From the NCBI RefSeq assembly GCF_003334385.1, contig NZ_QOWN01000002.1: a stretch of DNA of 64,000 nucleotides; one strand, given 5' to 3'. Origin of the DNA: Escherichia coli. GTDB taxonomy: Bacteria > Pseudomonadota > Gammaproteobacteria > Enterobacterales > Enterobacteriaceae. Under the pieces are notes generated by a model. It was not told the origin of the DNA and ran no database searches. It saw only the letters and a list, made by a program, of their open reading frames with translations. Below, in pieces: positions 41,391 to 53,351 of the stretch; within the stretch, counting starts at the first letter, position 1; the number at the start of each line of letters is the position of its first letter. A program made the position numbers and the translations under genes.

Positions 41391-41419
41391 AAAGAAAAAA
41401 GCGAGTTGCCCCCGCTTTT
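41391..41419 (-). terminator. rho-independent terminator of mqsRA
   Basis: On the minus strand, aaaagcg-ggggcaact-cgctttt is followed by ttttctt, 8 nt downstream of the mqsA stop. Confidence 0.7.
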
Positions 41420-41426
41420 CCATTAA

Positions 41427-41822
41427 TTAACGGATTTCATTCAATAGTTCTGGATGCTTATCCAGAACACGTAAAAGTTTGATTGTGGAAGGATGAGGTT
41501 GGGCATTGCCTTTTTCGTAACGCGAAAACGCATTTACACCTCCCCCAAAAATTTCGCTTGCCTCTTTTTGGGTAAGAGAGAGCTTTTTTCGAACCTTCAC
41601 TATAAATTCAGGTGCCACTGTTTCGGCATTTACCGAAGCCCGAAATGCCTTTACTTGCGCCATGAAAGCATCTGACTCTTCTTTATTCATGATGCTCTCT
41701 TCGCAATGGACACAATATAAACCGTGGATACCTTTCAATACTGTTTTTCGTCCACGGAAGGTGTATGGAATATCTTTAATGCCAGAAACCATTTCTCCCT
41801 GGTGGCAAACCGGACATTTCAT
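41427..41822 (-). CDS. mqsA: antitoxin / transcriptional regulator MqsA
   Basis: 131 aa. N-terminal zinc ribbon (MKCPVCHQGE...CVHCEE) and a C-terminal HTH-XRE domain. Recognised sequence. Confidence 0.96.
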   Translation of the reverse strand: MKCPVCHQGEMVSGIKDIPYTFRGRKTVLKGIHGLYCVHCEESIMNKEESDAFMAQVKAFRASVNAETVAPEFIVKVRKKLSLTQKEASEIFGGGVNAFSRYEKGNAQPHPSTIKLLRVLDKHPELLNEIR

Positions 41823-41823
41823 A

Positions 41824-42120
41824 TTACTTCTCCTTAAACGAGACGATCAGTACGTCATGAATTACCGTAATTTTAAGATAAACCTGGCCTGTAACAAGCC
41901 TGGGTCTGTAAACATCCTGCCAGATAGTATGATCAGAGTAGGTGGTCATGCTTTTATAAAAGTCGCTCTCTGATAATCCAATGATAACATTACACATACC
42001 ATCAAAATCCAAACCTAACTCATCTGCATTTAACAGGGCACTACGTGTTGTACGAACTTGCCCGGCATTGACAAGTTTTTTAACCTGACTCAAACGTGTA
42101 TGTGGTGTGCGTTTTTCCAT
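41824..42120 (-). CDS. mqsR: mRNA interferase toxin MqsR (GCU-specific)
   Basis: 98 aa, MEKRTPHTRLSQVKKLVNAGQVRTTRSAL... is recognised. The toxin gene lies upstream of the antitoxin gene with a 1-nt gap. Confidence 0.96.
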   Translation of the reverse strand: MEKRTPHTRLSQVKKLVNAGQVRTTRSALLNADELGLDFDGMCNVIIGLSESDFYKSMTTYSDHTIWQDVYRPRLVTGQVYLKITVIHDVLIVSFKEK

Positions 42121-42148
42121 AACCCCCGCCTCCCTGTTACTTTAGTTA

Positions 42149-42230
42149 TAACCTAAAAGGTTAATTACAGCAATGAAAAAGCACCTAAAAGGTTAATTAC
42201 AGCAATGAAAAAGCACCTAAAAGGTTAGTT
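42149..42230 (-). promoter_or_regulatory. mqsRA promoter/operator with three ACCT-N3-AGGT (MqsA-type) palindromes in a 32-bp tandem repeat
   Basis: acctaaaaggt occurs at 42151, 42183 and 42215. The unit acctaaaaggttaattacagcaatgaaaaagc is repeated perfectly (42151-42182 and 42183-42214), followed by a 13-nt partial third copy. Confidence 0.8.
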
Positions 42231-42295
42231 AGATGTACGGAGATAGTGACCACACAAAACGTATTCTTTAAGGAAAGTGATTGACCATATAAGAA

Positions 42296-42316
42296 AGTGG
42301 CGCATTAGTAGCGCCA
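42296..42316 (-). terminator. putative ygiV terminator hairpin
   Basis: An inverted repeat tggcgc / gcgcca around attagta lies about 40 nt downstream of the ygiV stop. It is followed on the minus strand by ctttctt. Confidence 0.4.
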
Positions 42317-42356
42317 GTTTGAAGCAGGAATTTATAAGGGAAGCTGGAGTCAGGCA

Positions 42357-42839
42357 TCACGCCAACGGCACATAAACATCCGTTTCCAGTCGCTGCTCTG
42401 TCACCCCTTCGGCAAGATTGGTGTAGTGAAACAGAATCGGTGCTTTACGCATTTTCTCGCCGCTTGCAGGCAGCCAGTGGCGAATGATGCCCCATACCGT
42501 GTGTGAAATATCGTCCAGCTCGCCAACGTGGCGGGCCACGGCATAACGTCCACCGGTAAGTTCACCATTGCTCACACCATAACGATTATCGGGAATCGGT
42601 TCGCTAACGCTGCCGCAGATATCAAAGCGAAACGCTTCCGGTGCGGTGGTGGCAGGGTCGTCCCAGGCGACGCCAAAAGTCTGGCTTTGGTTAACAGGAG
42701 AAAGCCCCGTCTCTTTACGCCACATGATAAATTTCGCCACGCTGTAGTTGAGCAATTCAGGGCTACAGCGGTGCGGCAACATCGCCACAGGTATTGATGG
42801 GAAATCGATAATGTTTACATCCAGTGTCAGGTTTGTCAT
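42357..42839 (-). CDS. ygiV: GyrI-like small-molecule-binding domain protein YgiV
   Basis: 160 aa, recognised sequence and position. Confidence 0.9.
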   Translation of the reverse strand: MTNLTLDVNIIDFPSIPVAMLPHRCSPELLNYSVAKFIMWRKETGLSPVNQSQTFGVAWDDPATTAPEAFRFDICGSVSEPIPDNRYGVSNGELTGGRYAVARHVGELDDISHTVWGIIRHWLPASGEKMRKAPILFHYTNLAEGVTEQRLETDVYVPLA

Positions 42840-42891
42840 TTTGCCTCCCTGCGAAATTATTCCCGGGAACGCGTCCCGGGAGCGGTAACAA

Positions 42892-43284
42892 TTACGGATT
42901 TACTTTGCGGATCTGTTTGACGTCAATTTCAACAGAATTCCAGTCTTTATCGACTTCACCCTGAATCTCAACCGTATCTTTCGGCGTCACCGTCACGCCG
43001 TTCCAGCGTTTGTGGTCGATATCAACATTGATAGTACCGCTGGCATCTTTGAACACGTAGAGATCGTCAGAGATGCGTTCAACGATATTGCCGCGCAGGG
43101 TTACCCAGGTGTCGTCACGCAGGGATTTTGCGCTTTCTACAGTCGTTACGCTGCCGTTCGGCCCCTGGAATCCTCCGGCCTGACTTTGCGTTGCCGATGG
43201 GCCAGAAAAACCGCCCTGCTCTGCTGCCATCACCGGTGCGCTGCACAGGGCCATTACTGCGATTACTGCTGCGAATTTTTTCAT
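42892..43284 (-). CDS. ygiW: periplasmic OB-fold (BOF) stress protein YgiW
   Basis: MKKFAAVIAVMALCSAPVMA signal peptide. The internal ATG (43282-43284) is taken, giving 130 aa. Confidence 0.92.
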   Translation of the reverse strand: MKKFAAVIAVMALCSAPVMAAEQGGFSGPSATQSQAGGFQGPNGSVTTVESAKSLRDDTWVTLRGNIVERISDDLYVFKDASGTINVDIDHKRWNGVTVTPKDTVEIQGEVDKDWNSVEIDVKQIRKVNP

Positions 43285-43435
43285 GTTTATTACTCCCTTT
43301 AATGTCTGTTTCCGAGCATTTAACAAGATAGTCCTTAACAACTTCTTAAGGGAAAAAAATAAAATTTAGTGCTGTACAGAGCGCGTTACAACACGGTTTA
43401 CTGGCAGCAAATACGGTTATCGCAGGGATGAAAAA

Positions 43436-44095
43436 ATGCGAATTTTACTGATAGAAGATGACATGCTGATTGGCGACGGCATCAAAACGGGCCTTAGTAA
43501 AATGGGTTTTAGCGTCGACTGGTTTACACAAGGTCGTCAGGGAAAAGAGGCGCTTTATAGCGCACCTTATGATGCGGTGATCCTGGATTTAACCTTACCA
43601 GGCATGGATGGTCGCGATATTTTGCGCGAATGGCGAGAAAAAGGTCAGCGTGAGCCGGTACTGATCCTGACCGCGCGCGATGCGCTGGCGGAACGTGTAG
43701 AAGGGCTGCGTCTGGGAGCTGACGATTATCTGTGTAAACCTTTTGCGTTGATAGAAGTCGCCGCCAGGCTGGAAGCTCTGATGCGCCGAACCAACGGCCA
43801 GGCCAGCAACGAGCTGCGCCACGGTAACGTCATGCTCGACCCCGGCAAACGTATCGCCACGCTGGCTGGCGAACCCTTAACACTGAAACCAAAAGAATTT
43901 GCCCTGCTGGAATTACTGATGCGTAACGCTGGTCGGGTACTGCCGCGCAAACTGATTGAAGAGAAACTGTATACCTGGGACGAAGAGGTCACCAGTAATG
44001 CCGTTGAAGTGCATGTGCATCATCTGCGACGCAAACTCGGTAGTGATTTTATTCGTACCGTGCATGGTATTGGTTACACATTAGGTGAGAAATGA
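43436..44095 (+). CDS. qseB: OmpR-family response regulator QseB
   Basis: 219 aa with receiver and winged-helix domains. Recognised sequence. Confidence 0.96.
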   Translation: MRILLIEDDMLIGDGIKTGLSKMGFSVDWFTQGRQGKEALYSAPYDAVILDLTLPGMDGRDILREWREKGQREPVLILTARDALAERVEGLRLGADDYLCKPFALIEVAARLEALMRRTNGQASNELRHGNVMLDPGKRIATLAGEPLTLKPKEFALLELLMRNAGRVLPRKLIEEKLYTWDEEVTSNAVEVHVHHLRRKLGSDFIRTVHGIGYTLGEK

Positions 44096-45441
44096 AATTT
44101 ACCCAACGTCTTAGTCTGCGCGTCAGGCTGACGCTAATCTTTTTAATTCTGGCCTCGGTGACCTGGCTGCTTTCCAGCTTTGTCGCCTGGAAACAAACAA
44201 CGGATAACGTCGATGAATTGTTCGACACCCAACTGATGCTGTTTGCCAAGCGGTTAAGTACGCTCGATCTCAACGAAATCAACGCGGCGGATCGCATGGC
44301 ACAGACGCCAAATAGATTAAAACACGGTCATGTTGATGACGATGCGCTGACCTTTGCCATCTTTACCCACGACGGCAGAATGGTCCTTAATGATGGCGAT
44401 AACGGAGAAGATATTCCCTATAGCTATCAACGGGAAGGTTTTGCTGACGGGCAACTGGTCGGTGAAGACGATCCTTGGCGTTTTGTCTGGATGACCTCAC
44501 CTGATGGCAAATATCGCATCGTTGTTGGCCAGGAATGGGAATACCGTGAAGACATGGCGCTGGCGATTGTTGCCGGGCAATTGATCCCGTGGCTGGTCGC
44601 ACTGCCGATTATGTTAATCATCATGATGGTACTACTGGGTCGTGAACTCGCGCCGCTGAACAAACTGGCGCTGGCACTACGTATGCGTGACCCTGACTCG
44701 GAAAAACCACTAAACGCGACTGGCGTACCCAGCGAAGTGCGGCCACTGGTTGAGTCGCTAAATCAACTGTTCGCCCGCACACATGCGATGATGGTTCGTG
44801 AACGACGCTTTACCTCCGACGCAGCTCACGAACTTCGTAGCCCGTTAACGGCGCTGAAAGTGCAAACCGAAGTTGCGCAGCTCTCTGACGATGATCCGCA
44901 GGCGCGGAAAAAAGCACTGCTCCAATTACATTCCGGGATCGATCGCGCTACTCGTCTGGTTGATCAACTGCTCACGCTATCGCGGCTGGACTCACTGGAT
45001 AACCTTCAGGACGTCGCGGAGATCCCGCTTGAAGATCTCCTGCAATCGTCGGTGATGGATATTTACCACACGGCGCAGCAGGCGAAAATTGACGTGCGAC
45101 TGACACTCAATGCCCACAGCATCAAACGCACCGGGCAACCGCTATTGCTAAGTTTGTTGGTGCGAAATTTGCTGGATAACGCCGTGCGCTACAGTCCACA
45201 GGGCAGCGTGGTAGACGTCACGCTGAATGCTGATAATTTCATCGTGAGGGATAACGGCCCCGGTGTGACACCAGAGGCACTGGCGCGAATTGGCGAACGC
45301 TTCTATCGCCCACCCGGACAAACCGCTACCGGCAGCGGGCTTGGGCTATCGATTGTCCAGCGAATCGCCAAATTGCATGGCATGAATGTTGAATTTGGGA
45401 ATGCGGAACAAGGTGGATTTGAGGCGAAGGTAAGCTGGTAA
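44092..45441 (+). CDS. qseC: sensor histidine kinase QseC
   Basis: 449 aa. Two TM segments, H-box [11 protein letters not shown] and an ATPase domain. ATGA overlap with qseB. Confidence 0.96.
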   Translation: MKFTQRLSLRVRLTLIFLILASVTWLLSSFVAWKQTTDNVDELFDTQLMLFAKRLSTLDLNEINAADRMAQTPNRLKHGHVDDDALTFAIFTHDGRMVLNDGDNGEDIPYSYQREGFADGQLVGEDDPWRFVWMTSPDGKYRIVVGQEWEYREDMALAIVAGQLIPWLVALPIMLIIMMVLLGRELAPLNKLALALRMRDPDSEKPLNATGVPSEVRPLVESLNQLFARTHAMMVRERRFTSDAAHELRSPLTALKVQTEVAQLSDDDPQARKKALLQLHSGIDRATRLVDQLLTLSRLDSLDNLQDVAEIPLEDLLQSSVMDIYHTAQQAKIDVRLTLNAHSIKRTGQPLLLSLLVRNLLDNAVRYSPQGSVVDVTLNADNFIVRDNGPGVTPEALARIGERFYRPPGQTATGSGLGLSIVQRIAKLHGMNVEFGNAEQGGFEAKVSW

Positions 45442-45450
45442 CTTCTCTGT

Positions 45451-45480
45451 CTATGAGAGCCGTTAAAACGACTCTCATAG
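45451..45480. terminator. hairpin between convergent qseC and ygiZ
   Basis: ctatgagag (45451-45459) pairs with ctctcatag (45472-45480), then atttta. Confidence 0.55.
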
Positions 45481-45486
45481 ATTTTA

Positions 45487-45819
45487 CTAATAGCAAAATA
45501 TAAACCGTCCCCAAAAAAGCCACCAACCACAAACCAGACAAATACCGAGCGAGAATACATATACCCAAAACTCGAACATTTCCCGCATAAAGAGTTTTCT
45601 TAAGATAAGAATAATAAGTGGCGTAAGAAGAAAAAATGCTGCAATCATTGCTTGCAATATACGATCTTCGCCTGAAACGGAAGGTATACTGCAAATATTT
45701 CCTCCCGACTCAAGCATCCAGTCATACTTATTGAAAGCAAAAAAAGAATCTATTAACCAATAAGTAAGCATTATATATAGCAATGCTTCAAATATTGTTT
45801 TAATTTTCTGCTTTAACAT
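45487..45819 (-). CDS. ygiZ: small inner-membrane protein YgiZ
   Basis: 110-aa hydrophobic ORF. Its position between qseC and mdaB matches K-12. Visibly AT-rich. Confidence 0.8.
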   Translation of the reverse strand: MLKQKIKTIFEALLYIMLTYWLIDSFFAFNKYDWMLESGGNICSIPSVSGEDRILQAMIAAFFLLTPLIILILRKLFMREMFEFWVYVFSLGICLVCGWWLFWGRFIFCY

Positions 45820-46057
45820 ATATCAGTACGCTCATAAAAATCCATTTATAATTATCAACATGACACGTTGATACTTTCATCTTTTACTTATTCAAAGCCA
45901 TATTTTCAATCCCCAAAAAAACCGAACCAAACGTGTAAATTATTCCGGTGCGAGTAAGAATTATGAGGAATGGCTATCAGTATTGTCATTTTCAGAAAAT
46001 ATTTATCCTGCATCGGTGAGTCAGAGTAAGATCAGACTTTTGCTAAATTCGCAAAAG

Positions 46058-46078
46058 ACTTTGCACATTTTGCTAATT
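46058..46078. promoter_or_regulatory. candidate MarA/SoxS/Rob box upstream of mdaB
   Basis: actttGCACattttgctAAtt approximates the marbox AYnGCACnnWnnRYYAAAY. mdaB is a reported mar/sox regulon member. Confidence 0.4.
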
Positions 46079-46137
46079 TCACCGTACCGCTCTGTGACGT
46101 ACTATAGTCGGCAAACGTCTCACCTTGAGGTTAAAAA

Positions 46138-46719
46138 ATGAGCAACATCCTGATTATCAACGGCGCGAAAAAATTCGCCCACTCCAATGGTCAACTGAAC
46201 GACACCCTGACCGAAGTCGCGGATGGCACACTGCGCGACCTTGGGCATGATGTCCGCATCGTTCGCGCCGACAGCGACTACGATGTCAAAGCGGAAGTAC
46301 AAAACTTTCTCTGGGCTGATGTGGTGATCTGGCAGATGCCAGGCTGGTGGATGGGCGCGCCGTGGACAGTGAAAAAATACATTGATGATGTATTCACCGA
46401 AGGTCACGGGACGCTGTATGCCAGCGATGGTCGTACCCGCAAAGATCCGTCGAAAAAATACGGTTCCGGCGGCCTGGTACAGGGCAAAAAATATATGCTT
46501 TCTCTGACCTGGAACGCACCAATGGAAGCCTTCACCGAAAAAGATCAGTTCTTCCACGGCGTTGGCGTTGACGGTGTGTATCTGCCGTTCCATAAAGCAA
46601 ACCAATTCCTCGGTATGGAACCGCTGCCGACATTTATCGCTAATGACGTGATAAAAATGCCTGATGTTCCCCGCTATACTGAAGAATATCGCAAGCATCT
46701 TGTGGAAATTTTTGGTTAA
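46138..46719 (+). CDS. mdaB: NADPH:quinone oxidoreductase MdaB
   Basis: 193 aa, MSNILIINGAKKFAHSNGQLNDTL... is recognised. Confidence 0.96.
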   Translation: MSNILIINGAKKFAHSNGQLNDTLTEVADGTLRDLGHDVRIVRADSDYDVKAEVQNFLWADVVIWQMPGWWMGAPWTVKKYIDDVFTEGHGTLYASDGRTRKDPSKKYGSGGLVQGKKYMLSLTWNAPMEAFTEKDQFFHGVGVDGVYLPFHKANQFLGMEPLPTFIANDVIKMPDVPRYTEEYRKHLVEIFG

Positions 46720-46749
46720 CTAGAGCTCAGGCTTTAGAAGGAGTTAACC

Positions 46750-47064
46750 ATGCTTACCGTAATCGCAGAAATCCGTACTCGTCCTGGTCAACATCACCGT
46801 CAGGCGGTATTGGATCAGTTTGCTAAAATCGTTCCAACCGTACTGAAAGAAGAAGGTTGCCACGGCTATGCGCCAATGGTGGATTGCGCAGCTGGCGTGA
46901 GTTTCCAGTCTATGGCACCGGATTCTATCGTGATGATTGAGCAGTGGGAAAGCATCGCGCATCTTGAAGCGCATCTGCAAACCCCGCACATGAAGGCGTA
47001 TAGCGAAGCCGTAAAAGGTGACGTGCTGGAGATGAATATCCGTATTCTGCAGCCAGGGATTTAA
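46750..47064 (+). CDS. ygiN: quinol monooxygenase YgiN
   Basis: 104 aa ABM-domain protein. Recognised sequence. Confidence 0.94.
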   Translation: MLTVIAEIRTRPGQHHRQAVLDQFAKIVPTVLKEEGCHGYAPMVDCAAGVSFQSMAPDSIVMIEQWESIAHLEAHLQTPHMKAYSEAVKGDVLEMNIRILQPGI

Positions 47065-47075
47065 TCCTGCCTTGT

Positions 47076-47100
47076 TTGCCCGGCCATCCTGACCGGGCAA
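47076..47100. terminator. hairpin between convergent ygiN and parE
   Basis: ttgcccgg (47076-47083) pairs with ccgggcaa (47093-47100). Confidence 0.6.
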
Positions 47101-47111
47101 TGTTCTTTCCT

Positions 47112-49007
<1,896 letters not shown>

Positions 49008-49032
49008 TTAAGTTAGTAATTCGAGTTGATCG

Positions 49033-49614
49033 TCAGAGATGGTGCAGACCAAGAAAATCGACGATCGGGTTGAAATAATCTTCGAAGCCCGTGAATGCGT
49101 GGTTGCCGCCTTCTATGACAGTCTGGCGGCAGGAAGCGTAGTACGCCACCGCCTGGCGGTAATCCAGCACTTCATCTCCCGTCTGTTGCAGCAGCCAGAT
49201 CAAATCCGGCGCTTCCAGCGGGTCAATCTGCATGACTTTAAGATCGTAAATATGGCGTGACTCTAGCACATATTGCTGCCCGGTGTAGGGGTTCTCGTTC
49301 TGACCGAGATAGTCCGTCAGCAGTTCAAACGGGCGCACCGCCGGGTTTACCACCACTGCGGGCAGCATAAAACATTGTGACAACCAGGTGGCGTAATATC
49401 CCCCCAGTGACGAACCGACAATACCCAGCGAATCACCGCCATGTTCCAGGACAATGGATTCCAGCAGCTCTGCCGCGTCGGAAGGATACGGCGGCAACTG
49501 CGGAATGATCATCTCAACGTCAGGGTGATGTTCCGCCAGCCAGTTTTTTAACAAGCTCGCTTTTGCAGAGCGCGGCGAGCTGTTGAAACCGTGTAAATAA
49601 AGAAGCGTAGACAT
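49033..49614 (-). CDS. yqiA: alpha/beta-hydrolase esterase YqiA
   Basis: 193 aa with a GSSLGG nucleophile motif. Recognised sequence. Confidence 0.93.
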   Translation of the reverse strand: MSTLLYLHGFNSSPRSAKASLLKNWLAEHHPDVEMIIPQLPPYPSDAAELLESIVLEHGGDSLGIVGSSLGGYYATWLSQCFMLPAVVVNPAVRPFELLTDYLGQNENPYTGQQYVLESRHIYDLKVMQIDPLEAPDLIWLLQQTGDEVLDYRQAVAYYASCRQTVIEGGNHAFTGFEDYFNPIVDFLGLHHL

Positions 49615-50441
49615 CAGTAGCCTTCTGAAGCGGTATCAGGTTGGAAACGTGTGTCCGCCAGGCGATGCACCTCGGTGGTCAGCGTGCCATCAGCATGTAA
49701 CTCGAGAGTACGCCAGCCGGGCGCGATGGTATCCAGCGTAAAGTTGGAACAGTGCGGCTTAAACTGCACACAGGTCGACGGCGTTGCCAGCAGGCGGCGA
49801 CCATTCCAGTCGAGATCCAGCTCCTGATGAATATGACCGCACAGCAAGTATTTGACGTGCGGAAACTTCGCCAGCACGGTATCCAGTTCGCCCGCGTTAC
49901 GCAGACTGTGTTGATCGAGCCAACTACAACCCGCAGGTAGCGGATGATGATGCAGCAGCAGCAACGTATGGCGTTCTGGCGCATCGGCCAGTTTACGTTC
50001 CAGCCACTCAAGCTGAAACTCGCTCAGCTCACCGTGCGGCACGCCAAACACCTGGCTATCCAGCAACAGGATTTGCCATTGCTCACCAATAAACACGCGC
50101 TTCGCCGGGGAGATACCCGCATCCTGTAACGCGCTGTACATCGCGGGCTGGAAATCGTGGTTGCCCGGCAGCCAGACGCAGGGCGCACGAAAACTTGCGA
50201 TGCCTTCAGCGAAATGCTGATAGGCCGCAGAGGATTGATCCTGCGCTAAATCACCTGTCGCGACAATCAGGTCGAATTCGTGCTGGTGTGGCCGAATCGC
50301 CTCCAGCACCGCCTGGTAACTCTCCCAGGTGTTTACCCCTAACAGGGCTTCGTGCTTTTGTGCAAACAGGTGAGTGTCGGTAATTTGTAAAATCCTGACT
50401 CTGGCCTCACCAGCCAGAGGAAGGGTTAACAGGCTTTCCAA
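49614..50441 (-). CDS. cpdA: 3',5'-cyclic AMP phosphodiesterase
   Basis: 275 aa metallophosphoesterase (DTHL, GDL, GNHD and GHIH motifs). 1-nt overlap with yqiA. Confidence 0.96.
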   Translation of the reverse strand: MESLLTLPLAGEARVRILQITDTHLFAQKHEALLGVNTWESYQAVLEAIRPHQHEFDLIVATGDLAQDQSSAAYQHFAEGIASFRAPCVWLPGNHDFQPAMYSALQDAGISPAKRVFIGEQWQILLLDSQVFGVPHGELSEFQLEWLERKLADAPERHTLLLLHHHPLPAGCSWLDQHSLRNAGELDTVLAKFPHVKYLLCGHIHQELDLDWNGRRLLATPSTCVQFKPHCSNFTLDTIAPGWRTLELHADGTLTTEVHRLADTRFQPDTASEGY

Positions 50442-50465
50442 ATGGTGTCCTTAGGTTTCACGACG

Positions 50466-50888
50466 CTAATAAACCGGAATCGCCATCGCTCCATGTGCTA
50501 AACAGTATCGCAACCAGTCCGCTAAAAACTGATTAATTTGATGCTTTTCGTCGCGTTGATGCAACTTTTTATTAGGATAATCATACCGCGCTTTGAAGCG
50601 AAAAATCTGCTGGCTTGAACACACTTCAGCCACCATCGCGTCATGATACAGACGCACCGTCATTGACGGAAGGCTCCAGTAACTGATCGCGGGCGCAGTC
50701 TGTTCTATTGTCACCAGGGTAGTGTATCGGGTCGATTCCACAATCGTCAGCCGATATTGTGCGTTTGCCACCTGATAGCTTACAGTTTCGCCGGGTGCGT
50801 CATTGCGCGGTAACAAACGGCGCAATTGTGAAAAGTTCATCTCGCACAGGCGCATCATTTCAGGAAAGTCAGGTGTGTAACGCTTCAT
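50466..50888 (-). CDS. yqiB: DUF1249 protein YqiB
   Basis: 140 aa, recognised by sequence and by its position between nudF and cpdA. Confidence 0.9.
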
Positions 50889-51518
50889 TTATGCCCACTC
50901 ATTTTTTAACGCTTGATGATGCAGCTGCAGCCATTGCAAAGCGATGACCGACGCTGCGTTGTCGATTTTCCCCTCTTCTACCCACTGGTATGCCTGTTCC
51001 CGGCTTACCACATGAACGCGAATATCTTCGTTTTCATCAGCCAGACCGTGAATACCGCTTGCGGTCGTGGCGTCCACTTCGCCCACCATAATTGACGAAC
51101 GCTCACTGGTGCCCCCCGGGCTTGCCAGGAAACTTAACACCGGTTTGGTCCGTTTGACTATCAGTCCCGCCTCTTCAATCGCTTCGCGACGGGCAACATC
51201 TTCCACACTTTCACCCTCTTCAATCATCCCGGCAACCATCTCCAGTAGCCAAGGGGTTTCGCTGGTGTCGTACGCGGCAATCCGAATCTGCTCAATCAGC
51301 ACAACTTCATCACGCACTGGGTCAAAGGGTAGCAAGACTGCGGCGTGACCGCGCTCAAAAATTTCCCGCCGCACCTCATGACTCATTTGCCCGTTGAATA
51401 GACGATGACGAAATCTATAAAGATCTAATGAAAAAAAGCCGCGATAAAGTGTTTCTCGTGCAATAATTTCTACATCGTTTTTGCCAAATGTAACGGGCAG
51501 GTTGTCTGGCTTAAGCAT
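50889..51518 (-). CDS. nudF: ADP-ribose pyrophosphatase (Nudix)
   Basis: 209 aa. Nudix box [23 protein letters not shown]. Confidence 0.96.
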
Positions 51519-51619
51519 TGTTAATGTCCTGGCACTAATAGTGAATTAAATGTGAATTTCAGCGACGTTTGACTGCCGTTTGAGCAGTCATGTGTTAAAT
51601 TGAGGCACATTAACGCCCT

Positions 51620-51638
51620 ATGGCACGTAACGCCAACC
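51620..51638. promoter_or_regulatory. mar/sox/rob box of the tolC promoter
   Basis: atGGCACgtaacgccAACc fits AYnGCACnnWnnRYYAAAY about 85 nt upstream of the tolC ATG. tolC is a known MarA/SoxS/Rob target. Confidence 0.6.
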
Positions 51639-51722
51639 TTTTGCGGTAGCGGCTTCTGCTAGAATCCGCAATAATTTTACAGTTTGATCGCGCTAAATAC
51701 TGCTTCACCACAAGGAATGCAA

Positions 51723-53204
51723 ATGAAGAAATTGCTCCCCATTCTTATCGGCCTGAGCCTTTCTGGGTTCAGTTCGTTGAGCCAGGCCGAGAACCTGATG
51801 CAAGTTTATCAGCAAGCACGCCTTAGTAACCCGGAATTGCGTAAGTCTGCCGCCGATCGTGATGCTGCCTTTGAAAAAATTAATGAAGCGCGCAGTCCAT
51901 TACTGCCACAGCTAGGTTTAGGTGCAGATTACACCTATAGCAACGGCTACCGCGACGCGAACGGCATCAACTCTAACGCGACCAGTGCGTCCTTGCAGTT
52001 AACTCAATCCATTTTTGATATGTCGAAATGGCGTGCGTTAACGCTGCAGGAAAAAGCAGCAGGGATTCAGGACGTCACGTATCAGACCGATCAGCAAACC
52101 TTGATCCTCAACACCGCGACCGCTTATTTCAACGTGTTGAATGCTATTGACGTTCTTTCCTATACACAGGCACAAAAAGAAGCGATCTACCGTCAATTAG
52201 ATCAAACCACCCAACGTTTTAACGTGGGCCTGGTAGCGATCACCGACGTGCAGAACGCCCGCGCACAGTACGATACCGTGCTGGCGAACGAAGTGACCGC
52301 ACGTAATAACCTTGATAACGCGGTAGAGCAGCTGCGCCAGATCACCGGTAACTACTATCCGGAACTGGCTGCGCTGAATGTCGAAAACTTTAAAACCGAC
52401 AAACCACAGCCGGTTAACGCGCTGCTGAAAGAAGCCGAAAAACGCAACCTGTCGCTGTTACAGGCACGCTTGAGCCAGGACCTGGCGCGCGAGCAAATTC
52501 GCCAGGCGCAGGATGGTCACTTACCGACTCTGGATTTAACGGCTTCTACCGGGATTTCTGACACCTCTTATAGCGGTTCGAAAACCCGTGGTGCCGCTGG
52601 TACCCAGTATGACGATAGCAATATGGGCCAGAACAAAGTTGGCCTGAGCTTCTCGCTGCCGATTTATCAGGGCGGAATGGTTAACTCGCAGGTGAAACAG
52701 GCACAGTACAACTTTGTCGGTGCCAGCGAGCAACTGGAAAGTGCCCATCGTAGCGTCGTGCAGACCGTGCGTTCCTCCTTCAACAACATTAATGCATCTA
52801 TCAGTAGCATTAACGCCTACAAACAAGCCGTAGTTTCCGCTCAAAGCTCATTAGACGCGATGGAAGCGGGCTACTCGGTCGGTACGCGTACCATTGTTGA
52901 TGTGTTGGATGCGACCACCACGTTGTACAACGCCAAGCAAGAGCTGGCGAATGCGCGTTATAACTACCTGATTAATCAGCTGAATATTAAGTCAGCTCTG
53001 GGTACGTTGAACGAGCAGGATCTGCTGGCACTGAACAATGCGCTGAGCAAACCGGTTTCCACTAATCCGGAAAACGTTGCACCGCAAACGCCGGAACAGA
53101 ATGCTATTGCTGATGGTTATGCGCCTGATAGCCCGGCACCAGTCGTTCAGCAAACATCCGCACGCACTACCACCAGTAACGGTCATAACCCTTTCCGTAA
53201 CTGA
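51723..53204 (+). CDS. tolC: outer-membrane efflux channel TolC
   Basis: MKKLLPILIGLSLSGFSSLSQA-ENLMQVYQQARL... is recognised. The internal ATG of ORF 51684..53204 is taken, giving 493 aa. Confidence 0.98.
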   Translation: MKKLLPILIGLSLSGFSSLSQAENLMQVYQQARLSNPELRKSAADRDAAFEKINEARSPLLPQLGLGADYTYSNGYRDANGINSNATSASLQLTQSIFDMSKWRALTLQEKAAGIQDVTYQTDQQTLILNTATAYFNVLNAIDVLSYTQAQKEAIYRQLDQTTQRFNVGLVAITDVQNARAQYDTVLANEVTARNNLDNAVEQLRQITGNYYPELAALNVENFKTDKPQPVNALLKEAEKRNLSLLQARLSQDLAREQIRQAQDGHLPTLDLTASTGISDTSYSGSKTRGAAGTQYDDSNMGQNKVGLSFSLPIYQGGMVNSQVKQAQYNFVGASEQLESAHRSVVQTVRSSFNNINASISSINAYKQAVVSAQSSLDAMEAGYSVGTRTIVDVLDATTTLYNAKQELANARYNYLINQLNIKSALGTLNEQDLLALNNALSKPVSTNPENVAPQTPEQNAIADGYAPDSPAPVVQQTSARTTTSNGHNPFRN

Positions 53205-53211
53205 TGACGAC

Positions 53212-53231
53212 GACGGGGCTTCGGCCCCGTC
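53212..53231 (+). terminator. hairpin (attenuator/terminator) between tolC and ygiB
   Basis: gacggggc-ttcg-gccccgtc lies directly after the tolC stop. No T-tract, so read-through into ygiBC is plausible. Confidence 0.45.
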
Positions 53232-53351
53232 TGAACGTAAGGCAACGTAAAGATACGGGTTATCTGCCGCATTCTTCCCCCTTCTCGCTTCAATTTCGAC
53301 CAGCCATCCTCTATTCTGATGGGTATTTACCACTGGTCCCGGAAGACAAAA

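Noticed and set aside
42151-42228. The 32-bp perfect direct repeats were considered as a possible mini CRISPR array.
   Set aside because: There are only 2.4 directly abutting copies with no spacers and no cas genes. The repeat contains the known MqsA operator palindrome and sits in the mqsRA promoter, so it is a promoter duplication.
46120-46698. 192-aa minus-strand ORF almost exactly co-extensive with mdaB on the opposite strand
   Set aside because: It is a shadow ORF of a well-conserved, recognisable gene (mdaB). Its sequence is not protein-like (His/Phe/Arg-rich), it has no RBS context, and the antisense frame simply lacks stops.
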